A program made the translations under genes and the position numbers. The notes beneath the pieces are model-generated. The model was given only the letters and a program-made list of their open reading frames with translations, did not search any database and was not told the DNA's origin. From a virus, in the IMG/VR virus record IMGVR_UViG_3300010370_000034, positions 5,808 to 69,807 of that record: a stretch of 64,000 nucleotides of DNA, one strand, 5' to 3'. Numbering within the stretch: position 1 is the first letter of the stretch; every line of letters begins with the position of its first letter. Shown here piece by piece: positions 53,141 to 62,566 of the stretch.

Positions 53141-54224
53141 TGATCCTTAGCGTACTGTTTTTTTACCTTTTTAAGTTCTTTAAGTTCTGCTTTAATTTCT
53201 TTGTATGCAGAGACTGCATCAATCTTCCCGCCCATCTCAAGGGCACAAAGAATATCAACTCTTGTGCCAAAATGAGCTAATGCTTTTTCAAAATCATCCA
53301 ATTCGTACATTACTTGTCTCCCAATGAATACTGATTCATATTATATATTGGTGGACAATGTGTGTCGATTTGTGCCTGAAGTCTGTTTTCAACTTCATAA
53401 AGAGCATTTGTTGTCTCCACATTTTCCCTCTCAAGTCTTTCCACTCTTGCTTCTAAAGACTGAATCAAGTCAAGCAAACTAAATCTACTCCCAACATATG
53501 AGTCTGCACAGTCCACAATAACTTTCTTCTCTTTGTTTGATGCGAAAAACCAATCAACAAATCTTTTAATCATCATAATACACCTACAGATTTTAAATAA
53601 CGACGATATGCGGCAAATCTACCTAAAGATGGTTGCCCCACAACATTTAATTGATGACATATCTCACAGTACATCAACCACTCATACCAAGGAGTAGTTG
53701 GATCTAAAACATGATATGGATAATCACTTGTAGATGTATGGGTCATGATTTTTATCTCTAATCTTTTGCATGTAATTCCTAATCCAAAGAGTATATCTAA
53801 AGAACAAATCCCTAACCTTCTTTCTCATAGTTTCCCCCCTACATTGCCATCATACGTTTTGGTTTCAGGCCAACCTTCCTGCCGTCCTTTAAGATAAAAA
53901 CGGGTTCCTGATATACATTGGTCTTCAGTGAGAGCCGTGATAAGTCCGTTACCATCTTTGTCTGTGGAGTACCAGAGTCCATACTTTTTTTGGTCTACAT
54001 AAAAACAATCGTCAATTAATTTTGGTTCTTGCATTTGATCACTTCTTCACTGGTTTCGGTTTGAGAACTTGATTCTCATTAACTTCTTTAACTGTGTTGT
54101 GAAGTAGTTTTAATGCCTCAATGGTCTCTGGAGTTTCTTCCCAAGTCCACTCATTAGCATTTTTATCAGAAAAAGTTCGGATTGCCATGTCCTTTATAGC
54201 ATCTGTTGTTATGATACCACAGAA

Positions 54225-55007
54225 TTACCCAATCCGCAACCCAGAAATTACTTTTTCTGCGGCAAGTTGATTTGTCTTCTCTCCTGGATGTGCGGCATAA
54301 TATCCAGACTTTTGCTTCCTCATGTCTCTGGCAAAATCAATTTGATTTACAAAAGTGCATTGTAAAATCTGAGCAGTGTTTTGGTATAAACTTAACTCAA
54401 AATAATTAGTTCTATTTTTCCACATTTCTCTAAATGATATAACATTTAACTTCAATTGCATCATTGCATTATCTTTATTTTCATTCCAGTAATATCCTAT
54501 TTTAAATTTATCATAATTCCAATTACCACAGTTCATAACTCTATCATCCGTGTAATATGGTAACCTATATGGGGAAGTCCATAAACTTACAACCGCTTTT
54601 GGTGTCGGATATGATTCACTCAATAATGCAGAATTATGAAGAGTATATAATGAGGATGATCCTGGAGCTCCCAAATTAATTACAGGAATGTTAAGTGCTT
54701 CTTGTATTTTATGCGATATCGTATCTTCCTCAGGTAACCCAACACCAAAAACGGAGGAATCTCCAAAAACTACAATTGATTTTGCCCAGTTAATTTTATC
54801 AAATTCTTTTGTTCGATATCCAGCACTATTAATATTATATTCAAATGTTTTTGTTCTATATCTCCAATCTTCTGGAAGTTCTTTTAAATTTTTTTGATAT
54901 AACTCTTCACTATCTTGATCAAACCACTTGTGAACTCCGACGAGTAATTCTTTATTTGGAAGCAGTAGTTTATTATCAATTCTTTCAGTTAATTTTAATA
55001 TTGTCAT
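54225..55007 (-). CDS. SGNH/GDSL-like hydrolase or acyltransferase B
   Basis: FGDSSVFG, NLGAPGSS, ARD...AHPG. Confidence 0.7.
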   Translation of the reverse strand: MTILKLTERIDNKLLLPNKELLVGVHKWFDQDSEELYQKNLKELPEDWRYRTKTFEYNINSAGYRTKEFDKINWAKSIVVFGDSSVFGVGLPEEDTISHKIQEALNIPVINLGAPGSSSLYTLHNSALLSESYPTPKAVVSLWTSPYRLPYYTDDRVMNCGNWNYDKFKIGYYWNENKDNAMMQLKLNVISFREMWKNRTNYFELSLYQNTAQILQCTFVNQIDFARDMRKQKSGYYAAHPGEKTNQLAAEKVISGLRIG

Positions 55008-56428
55008 GAAAATATTGGAATATTATGAAGTCTAGACCATTTATCACAATCAATCTCGTCATTTAAAATAGGTTGTCCTTTAATATTTAAACTAGTATTT
55101 AAAAGCATTGGATGACCAGTTTTTGCCTTCCATTGATATAAAAGATTATAAAGTCGAGGAGCATCACTCTTTTTAACGGTTTGCAATCGACTCGTTCCAT
55201 CAACATGCACAATTCCAGGAAACTTCTCTGGATACTTACACCTAACAGCATGTTGCATAAAGGGACTCTCTACCAAGTCATGATGCATATCAAAATAAGT
55301 GTTAGCAAATTCTATAGGAACAACTGGAGAAAATGGTCGATATGATTCTCTATTTTTTATTTTGTTGACTTTATCTTTTATATCTGGATCAGTTGGGTCT
55401 GCGATGAGACTTCTTGCACCTAATGCTCTTGGTCCAAACTCTGCTCTACCTCTTGCAAGACCACAAACTTTATGTTCTTGAAGATAATTTACTATTTGTG
55501 CATTTGTATGTTTATGTGGCAAATAATATCCAAGATATGGGGTAAATTTTATATGCTTCTTTTTATGTGCCAATACAGCACCAATCGCAGACCCACTATC
55601 TCCTGGTGCAGGCATGATCCAAACATTCTTAAAATAATTGTAAGTATGCTTATTTGCAACACAGTTTAGAGCACATCCACCCATTAAGACAAGATTATTT
55701 GTCTGCACTAATTTTTTAGCAAGTCTCAGCGCATTATTGAACAATATCTCATACACTTCTTGTGTAGCTGCTGCAATATCTTCATTTGATTCCTCAGGTC
55801 TCCAATCTTTGCATCCTCGATGTAGATTAACCTTACATTTAAAATCTTCAGTTATAAAGTCATCAAAAATAGCGTCTTTTAATTTATGTTTATCCCCTAA
55901 AGCGGACAATGCCATTAAAATATATTCTTCCTCATTCGGTTTTAATCCACATCGCTGAGTCATTGCAGAATACAACAATCCCACACTATTTGGATACTTC
56001 AATTGATATTTTAACTTTAAATCTTTACCAGATGCTTCCCAGATTGTAAGTGTCTGGAACTCTCCTATTGCATCTATTACTAAAATGGCAGCATGTTTGA
56101 ATTTACTAGTAAAGTACCCTCCGCAAGCATGGGTGTAATGATGACCAAAAAATTTGTGCTTACATTCATAATATCTTTCAAAGTTATTAATAAATGGTCC
56201 TTGCCCAGCATAAATTTGCCGCATCCTTTTCTTCAAAGGATTCTCATACCAACAAATTAATTCTGGTTTTCCATATCTTAGTGCATATTTCAGCATTGAT
56301 TCTGAGATATATGCATCATTCTTGATTTTACTAAAACGTTCACTCTCACTGGCGAATACCAATTCGTCTTTTACAAACACCGACATAGCGGCGTTATGAC
56401 TGTTAGATGATATTCCCCAGGTGATCAT
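55004..56428 (-). CDS. Carbamoyltransferase (NodU/CmcH family)
   Basis: ERFSKIKND, HHYTHA, DAIGE, GGCALN, PGDSGSAIG, EFGPRALG, RPF, HVDGTSRLQTV, NTSLN. Confidence 0.92.
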   Translation of the reverse strand: MITWGISSNSHNAAMSVFVKDELVFASESERFSKIKNDAYISESMLKYALRYGKPELICWYENPLKKRMRQIYAGQGPFINNFERYYECKHKFFGHHYTHACGGYFTSKFKHAAILVIDAIGEFQTLTIWEASGKDLKLKYQLKYPNSVGLLYSAMTQRCGLKPNEEEYILMALSALGDKHKLKDAIFDDFITEDFKCKVNLHRGCKDWRPEESNEDIAAATQEVYEILFNNALRLAKKLVQTNNLVLMGGCALNCVANKHTYNYFKNVWIMPAPGDSGSAIGAVLAHKKKHIKFTPYLGYYLPHKHTNAQIVNYLQEHKVCGLARGRAEFGPRALGARSLIADPTDPDIKDKVNKIKNRESYRPFSPVVPIEFANTYFDMHHDLVESPFMQHAVRCKYPEKFPGIVHVDGTSRLQTVKKSDAPRLYNLLYQWKAKTGHPMLLNTSLNIKGQPILNDEIDCDKWSRLHNIPIFS

Positions 56429-57254
56429 ATTTTTTCTCCCAATAACTTACTGGTAGTGTTGGATCTTCTTTAACAAAATTCTTAACCTTATTTGCGGGAC
56501 ACATTGAACAATATGATTCGTCCTCTCTACCCAAAAACTCTTCTAATTCATCATCCGTGCAATTTACATCTAAAGGAGTATATTTGAGATATGGTTCCCA
56601 CCTATCACTAAGGTTGTATTTTTCAGATTGCATCGGTAAATATGCCAATGCAGGACACTTCCAAAGTTTATTCTCATGCAATTGGATAGCATGTTTAGAG
56701 ATGCAATTTTCCCAACTCTTACGAGGATTGTTATCTTCGTAAGGAGTTATATTTGAACCAAACCCTTTATATTGAGGAGTCCAATGCTCATTAGTATAAT
56801 CCCAAAATTCAACATGAACTCCAAGGTCATGCTTCCACTGTTTAGCAAGATTATATCCAGTTTTAAACTTTTTTACGTAATCTTTATGAGTTGTACTGTG
56901 AATTGATATTGCAAGGTTAGTTTGAGTCGCAATTAGTGCTTTTGGTAACTTTGGATGTAAGTGTAAAAAACTAGCATTTGAAACCAAATCAATTTGAGTA
57001 TATGGATCAGGATATATCATCCTCACCAAATATACAATATCAACCAATTCTTTGTTAAGAGTTGGTTCACCGCCAAGTATAACAAATGTTTTGGGTCTGA
57101 CTCTCTGACCCCAAATATATAGCCATTCTTTTGCGGTTTCTAGATTTAGTGTTCCAGAATGCCCATGGTTAGAATAATGTGAGCACCCTTCACATGAAAA
57201 ATTACAGGCATGGGTAACATGCAATTCTATTTGTTTGGTATCAAACTGCTTCAT
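56403..57254 (-). CDS. Radical SAM enzyme A
   Basis: CNFSCEGC, GGEP and a C-terminal Cys cluster (C..KCP..C..CSMC). Confidence 0.9.
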   Translation of the reverse strand: MKQFDTKQIELHVTHACNFSCEGCSHYSNHGHSGTLNLETAKEWLYIWGQRVRPKTFVILGGEPTLNKELVDIVYLVRMIYPDPYTQIDLVSNASFLHLHPKLPKALIATQTNLAISIHSTTHKDYVKKFKTGYNLAKQWKHDLGVHVEFWDYTNEHWTPQYKGFGSNITPYEDNNPRKSWENCISKHAIQLHENKLWKCPALAYLPMQSEKYNLSDRWEPYLKYTPLDVNCTDDELEEFLGREDESYCSMCPANKVKNFVKEDPTLPVSYWEKKYDHLGNII

Positions 57255-57802
57255 TCATCAATATAACCAGTCTGAGTTAACATTTCCACTGCTTCATCAA
57301 AAGATTTATAAAGAATCTGTAGGCAAATTGCTTTACGATCAGGAAGTCCAGATTCCATAGGATAAACCGAATGTGGTTTAGATACATCAAGAAGATAAGC
57401 ATCTCCAGGATGTGCCATAAATCTTACAGATTTTTTTAGGTGTCCTTCATGGAAAATTGCACCATCTGTTTGATTTGCAATCTTAGTTGTAGATACATCT
57501 TCTTTTGGATAATAAAACTGAGTTACACACCTATCAGTTTTGATATAAAAATTGATAATTGCTTCAATATTACTATCAGTATGCGGGGGAATCTTATAAT
57601 TTAATTCCATTAAAGATAGTGTACAGTTATCTCTATAAGATTCTGGAATCACCTCAAGAAGATTGCTTTCATCCTTAGTATTGATATATGAATATTTAAT
57701 TCCAGCAAATCCATATGGAGTATCCATTCCATACTCAATCTTTCTACCAGTTTTAAGATAAGAACCTACAAAAAATTGTCTATTTAATTTACGAAAAAAC
57801 AT
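57251..57802 (-). CDS. Cupin/2OG-Fe(II) oxygenase-like protein
   Basis: IPPHTD...INFY...LLDVSKPHSV...RKAI. Confidence 0.7.
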   Translation of the reverse strand: MFFRKLNRQFFVGSYLKTGRKIEYGMDTPYGFAGIKYSYINTKDESNLLEVIPESYRDNCTLSLMELNYKIPPHTDSNIEAIINFYIKTDRCVTQFYYPKEDVSTTKIANQTDGAIFHEGHLKKSVRFMAHPGDAYLLDVSKPHSVYPMESGLPDRKAICLQILYKSFDEAVEMLTQTGYIDE

Positions 57803-57812
57803 TTAAAATCTC

Positions 57813-58292
57813 CTAATCAGCGTAAGAATATTCTCTCCATTCAGGTACGTTACAGTTTGCCAAATCAAATGCAACTTTATTCCAAGGTGCTCGTGGTTGA
57901 CGAATTAATCTCATATTAGTATGTTCCAATAACCTATTTCCCTTCTTAGTATTGCAGGTAGAACATGCAACAACTAAATTTTCCCAAGTATCTTCGCCAC
58001 CTTTACTACGTGGAAGAACATGATCTATAGTCAACCGAGTAGTTGATCCACAATATTGGCAGGTATTACGATCCCTTTTGTAAATCATTGATCTTGATGG
58101 ACGACACCTAGCAGCATAATTAACTGGAACTTTAATGTAACTGAGCAATCTAATTACTCTCTCGGATATGACCTGAACTTTCTCCTTTAAAACTAAAATA
58201 ACTGCTCTCTTCCAATTAGTAAAATTGATTGGTTCATAACTTGAGTTGAGAACAAGAATGGTCTGGTTCGGTTTAATCTTTAAATGTTCCAT
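57813..58292 (-). CDS. HNH endonuclease
   Basis: LVLNSSYEPI, RDRNTCQYCG, TIDHVLPRSKGG..WENLVVACSTCNTKKGN. Confidence 0.92.
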   Translation of the reverse strand: MEHLKIKPNQTILVLNSSYEPINFTNWKRAVILVLKEKVQVISERVIRLLSYIKVPVNYAARCRPSRSMIYKRDRNTCQYCGSTTRLTIDHVLPRSKGGEDTWENLVVACSTCNTKKGNRLLEHTNMRLIRQPRAPWNKVAFDLANCNVPEWREYSYAD

Positions 58293-58726
58293 ACTTAGTC
58301 ATAAACATTTTGCTCTTGCTGTATTCTGTCTAAGTGATGATAAATTGTCTCCTTAGAGTATTGAAATTCTTCAAACCTTCTTGGGTTAAACTTTTCCATC
58401 TTATGAAGCATATTGATCCAATCATATCGTTTGTCAACAACCCATCCATAACGACGTTCGTCGTGCATAGTATCAAAAATAGAGTGCATCAGAACCAATA
58501 CTAATTATATCACCTCATCATTCTATCCGATAACCCCAAATTATGCAATATCTCATTGATGGTTCCCATACAATCCTTGTTAATCTCCATCGCCTCAGAC
58601 TTTTTTCTTTCCCATCTAATCTCAGGTATGATTGTGGGATGTTTTTTTAACCACAAATAATCATCCTCAGTTAACTCAGATATTCTCCCCTTATTAATTT
58701 TGACCAAAATACTTGCGTATTGTGTT

Positions 58727-59380
58727 CTATCTGCTGCGTTCATATGCTTTTAATTTTGATGGATGCATAAAGTCAACCACAATAACACAACGATAATACT
58801 TTTGTGCAACTACTGGTGGTGGCATTACTGGTTGATGATTTATATGAGAATGATGAATCAAAAGAGAGTTCTCATCACCAGGAATAATTATCTCCCTATC
58901 CTTATTTTCTATTAACGTTCCATATATCCTGGAGGGATTCTTAAGGTAATATATCATACCCAAGTCAAAGTGTTCATGACTATGACTATTTCCATAGTTG
59001 ATATACAACTCATGAGTATAGTTCTCTTCACTAACTCCTTTCATTCTCTTTGCCCAGTATGATTGAACATGATATTCTTTGATCCTGGGGTTATTAGTTA
59101 TCTCAGCATAATTGTACAAATGCGACTTAACTAATTTAAAAAAGTTAGTCCAACTTGTTTTATACCACAATTTCCGATCTTGTAATCTGTTTGTAGCTTC
59201 TACACTGGAATCCCACTTATCATCACAGACTTCAAGTTCATTATCAATCTCTTTAAGTAAATTAGATTGATCATATTTACTTAGCAAATTATAAGCCCTG
59301 TAAATTGTATTCCCACAAAAATCAAAGTGTTCTACATTTCTGGGATCTTCTGGATATTCTACAAACTCTTCAGGTATCAT
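58727..59380 (-). CDS. Putative 2OG-Fe(II) oxygenase
   Basis: SYWA..HSHEH..IYYL..HQP..RCVIVVDF. Confidence 0.7.
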   Translation of the reverse strand: MIPEEFVEYPEDPRNVEHFDFCGNTIYRAYNLLSKYDQSNLLKEIDNELEVCDDKWDSSVEATNRLQDRKLWYKTSWTNFFKLVKSHLYNYAEITNNPRIKEYHVQSYWAKRMKGVSEENYTHELYINYGNSHSHEHFDLGMIYYLKNPSRIYGTLIENKDREIIIPGDENSLLIHHSHINHQPVMPPPVVAQKYYRCVIVVDFMHPSKLKAYERSR

Positions 59381-60188
59381 ATAACTTTTTCCAATAACTT
59401 ACGGGTAAGAGAGGATTCTCGGGAGTAAAGTATTCTTCTTTTGCAGGACACATTGAGCAAAAAGATTCTTCCCTTTTGGTGAAGAATTGTTTTAGTTCAT
59501 CTCTACTACAAGTATGATCTAAAGGAACATATTTTAGATATGGATCCCATTTTGAAGATAAGTTATACTTTTGTGCCTGCATTGGAAGATAGGCAAGTGC
59601 TGGACACTTCCAAAGTTTTCCTTCATGTAGTTGAACACACAATTTGGAAACGCAACACTTCCAACTGGATTTGGGATCGTTATCTTCAAACGGTTCCATT
59701 TTATCACCAAACCCCTTGTATTGTCTAATCCAATGTATGATAGATGGTCGTATTTCTACAGGAGCACCTTTTGCAATCCAATCCTTCATCAAAGCATATA
59801 CAGATTCAAACTTCTCTCTATATTGAGGATCTCCATCAGAATGGACAGATACTCCAAGGATAGTATTAGTTCTCTTTAAAGCCTTCCACAAATGTGGGTG
59901 TTTATGTAGATGAAATCCATTGGAAATGACTTCAGTGTAAGAATTGGGCCACATCTCTCTAGCGAGATATACAAATTCAGTCAACTCTGGATGTAACGCG
60001 GGTTCTCCTCCCATCAAAGTAAATCTCATTGGAAGGATTTTATCATTCCAATTACTCATCCACTTTGCAGCATCTTCTAAACTAATGGATCCAGAGTGAC
60101 CCTGATTCATATAGTGAGTACAACCCTCACAAGTTAAATTGCAAGAGTGAGTGACGTGTAATTGTATCTCGTGAGGTATTTTTAACAT
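59370..60188 (-). CDS. Radical SAM enzyme B (paralog of A)
   Basis: CNLTCEGC, GGEP, LWKCPALAYLPMQ identical to A, CSMCP. Confidence 0.9.
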   Translation of the reverse strand: MLKIPHEIQLHVTHSCNLTCEGCTHYMNQGHSGSISLEDAAKWMSNWNDKILPMRFTLMGGEPALHPELTEFVYLAREMWPNSYTEVISNGFHLHKHPHLWKALKRTNTILGVSVHSDGDPQYREKFESVYALMKDWIAKGAPVEIRPSIIHWIRQYKGFGDKMEPFEDNDPKSSWKCCVSKLCVQLHEGKLWKCPALAYLPMQAQKYNLSSKWDPYLKYVPLDHTCSRDELKQFFTKREESFCSMCPAKEEYFTPENPLLPVSYWKKLYDT

Positions 60189-60189
60189 T

Positions 60190-60738
60190 TTATGAGATAT
60201 TGCAGGATAAAATTAATCTACGCACATCTGATGTATTTGGAGGAACATAATGCGATAAAGAAGAGGGAAAAATTAAAAAAGAACCCTCTTCAATATTCTT
60301 AGGAGTATACTCTAATACATTACCATCCCAAAGATTTGTAAATGGACTTATAAACTTTGTTGGAATGTGTTCATTTGAATCATATTCTATAAAACAAACA
60401 AAACTAAGTCCACCAAGTCCGTGATTATGAATAGAATGATGTTGTCCCCTATCATAATGTTGAAACCAAGCAGTATTTACTTTTGGTGTTGTGTGTCTTT
60501 CATATCCAAGTTTTTTAGTAGCATCTTTAATATCATCAAATAAAATACCTTCAACTAAATTGTGATAAGTATTGTTTTGTTTATAATCTGTATATTGATC
60601 ACCCATAACCATATTATCTTTATTTCTATTATATAAAGATAACAAATTCAAACGTTTATCTTTCCAATTTTTTATTTTTCCTTGATAAAAAGGAATAACC
60701 CAATCTTTAATAAAATGCTCACTCATAGTTAAATTCAT
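60190..60738 (-). CDS. Putative 2OG-Fe(II) oxygenase
   Basis: AWFQHY..HSIHNH..FPSSLSHYVPPN...RLILSCN. Confidence 0.8.
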   Translation of the reverse strand: MNLTMSEHFIKDWVIPFYQGKIKNWKDKRLNLLSLYNRNKDNMVMGDQYTDYKQNNTYHNLVEGILFDDIKDATKKLGYERHTTPKVNTAWFQHYDRGQHHSIHNHGLGGLSFVCFIEYDSNEHIPTKFISPFTNLWDGNVLEYTPKNIEEGSFLIFPSSLSHYVPPNTSDVRRLILSCNIS

Positions 60739-60906
60739 CTATTCTTTTTTGATCTAAGTAAGTTAATACTTCTGTTCTCCATTCCATTAATTCATGAAAA
60801 CATTTTTGATCATGAGCATTTTGACGCAATTCATGGTCTGGTTTTAATACACTTTCATAAAACAAAGAAAATGCATCGCGTCTTTTTTGTTGTTTATCCA
60901 TAATTT

Positions 60907-61389
60907 TTAGTTAATTCTTAATCCACCAACAAGAACTCTTTTAGACTCAGAGTATGCTGCGGAATGGGGTATGTTGGAAGGAAACAGTAATACTTTATTT
61001 CTTTCAGGAGTAACTTTATAGTACCCCTTTGTCGTATGGAGAATTGTCTCTCCATCATTACAGGAATTTAAGTAAAGTATAAAACTATAGTCCTCGTTAT
61101 GGTCATGTGTATGTACGTTCATCTTTCCACCATTTTCATAATTAATCATATGAACGTAAAAATATTTTAATCTTCTACTCAAGAAGTCTTCACACAATAA
61201 ACGAAGTTTATCAATATAGTTATAAAAGATTTCAGAATCAATATAATCTAGGAGATTTAAAGTATAGAAACAATCACCACTTAGAGAACTTTTCTTTTCA
61301 TCTCTAAAGACTTCGGGATGAGTAGAAACAAAATCAAGTAGAAGATTGAAGTAATTACTTACTCCATCTTCTACCAAAAATTCAATCAT
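60907..61389 (-). CDS. 2OG-Fe(II) oxygenase
   Basis: HTHDH..SFILYLN..GET..FPSNIPHSA..KRVLV. Confidence 0.8.
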   Translation of the reverse strand: MIEFLVEDGVSNYFNLLLDFVSTHPEVFRDEKKSSLSGDCFYTLNLLDYIDSEIFYNYIDKLRLLCEDFLSRRLKYFYVHMINYENGGKMNVHTHDHNEDYSFILYLNSCNDGETILHTTKGYYKVTPERNKVLLFPSNIPHSAAYSESKRVLVGGLRIN

Positions 61390-61768
61390 CTTCTACTTGA
61401 TCAAATTCTTCAATTGCAGATACTGGCACCTCATGTTCTCCTGCAACAAGATACCAATGTTCACCTTCGCGGACTCCCAAATACTTCATTTGATCTTCAT
61501 CAAAATACTTCTCACGCATTGCTGCCTGAATCTTCAGGTGAGTAAGTTCAGATTGTGAAATTTTCATCAGAATAAACCTCTTTGTATTTTTCAATAAGAC
61601 GATCTCTCATATCATGATATGGAGTTACCGCCATATCATATTCATCTCCAAAGTTCCAATCTTCAGCATATCGAATCGCACAGATAGCTGCTTGAATCAT
61701 TGTTTTTAACCCCTCTTTGTCCACTGTAATTTTAACTAACGCAGTTGGGTCTGAGGTTGGTTCCATCT

Positions 61769-61963
61769 TCATTTTTCAATCCTCCAGTTTGGATCTGATT
61801 TTTTATCAACCCAGAAGTAGCACGTTTTATTTAAAGATTCAACGTAGTAACGATCATCATCTTCATTCTTAATTCTACAAGAATGAAATCGAAGCATGTC
61901 ATAATTAAACTTAAACTTTGCTTCTTTGCTGATTGGTGTTAGACAAATAAATTTCGTTTTCAT
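61769..61963 (-). CDS. Hypothetical protein (paralog of 27386-27574)
   Basis: Shared motif spacing with 27386-27574. Confidence 0.65.
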   Translation of the reverse strand: MKTKFICLTPISKEAKFKFNYDMLRFHSCRIKNEDDDRYYVESLNKTCYFWVDKKSDPNWRIEK

Positions 61964-62137
61964 TGTACAAATACGGTTCCAGATTGAGGTTGTGTACGAT
62001 GTTTTTTGATGTAATTATGTGCAGACTTTACAGTCCGACAAACATCCAACTGCTGCCCATTGTAAATGATCATTAATTGATTTCCGAATGGGACAGCAGC
62101 GTATCCATCATCAGTAATAAATCCTTCTTTCATTTTA

Positions 62138-62566
62138 TTAAGAAAAACTTAGGGTAACTCTTGGTTCTGTTGCAATTGGGTTGTGATACACACCCTTTGG
62201 GATAAACAACCCATCTCCAGGATTTAATATGATAGTTTGATTATCAATGATGTAAGTCATATTACCTATAGATTGAACAATCAATACATCATCATCATCT
62301 TTATGATTACCCATGGTTCGTGCGTTAGAGTTTTTTGAGACATAAACGTGAAGAACTCCCATCAAACACTTCTTTTTAATTCTATCACGAATATTAGATA
62401 TTGGTGAAGAATAGTTGTGATGATCCAAAAGTATAATCGTTGGATTGTCTTCACCAACGATCCTACAAGTATTATTTTTTAATTCCTTTAAAATTTGATT
62501 GTCCACATCTTCCCAAGAAATTTGTGTACAATAATGAAACTCAAAAGGATAAACACAGTAGGTCAT
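62138..62566 (-). CDS. Cupin/JmjC-like protein
   Basis: HKDDDDVLIVQ..G...LNPGDGLFIPKGVYH....PRVTLSF. Confidence 0.8.
   Translation of the reverse strand: MTYCVYPFEFHYCTQISWEDVDNQILKELKNNTCRIVGEDNPTIILLDHHNYSSPISNIRDRIKKKCLMGVLHVYVSKNSNARTMGNHKDDDDVLIVQSIGNMTYIIDNQTIILNPGDGLFIPKGVYHNPIATEPRVTLSFS

Noticed and set aside
57813-58292. HNH nuclease as an intron-encoded homing endonuclease
   Set aside because: It is free-standing, the flanking genes look intact, and no group I intron structure was evident.
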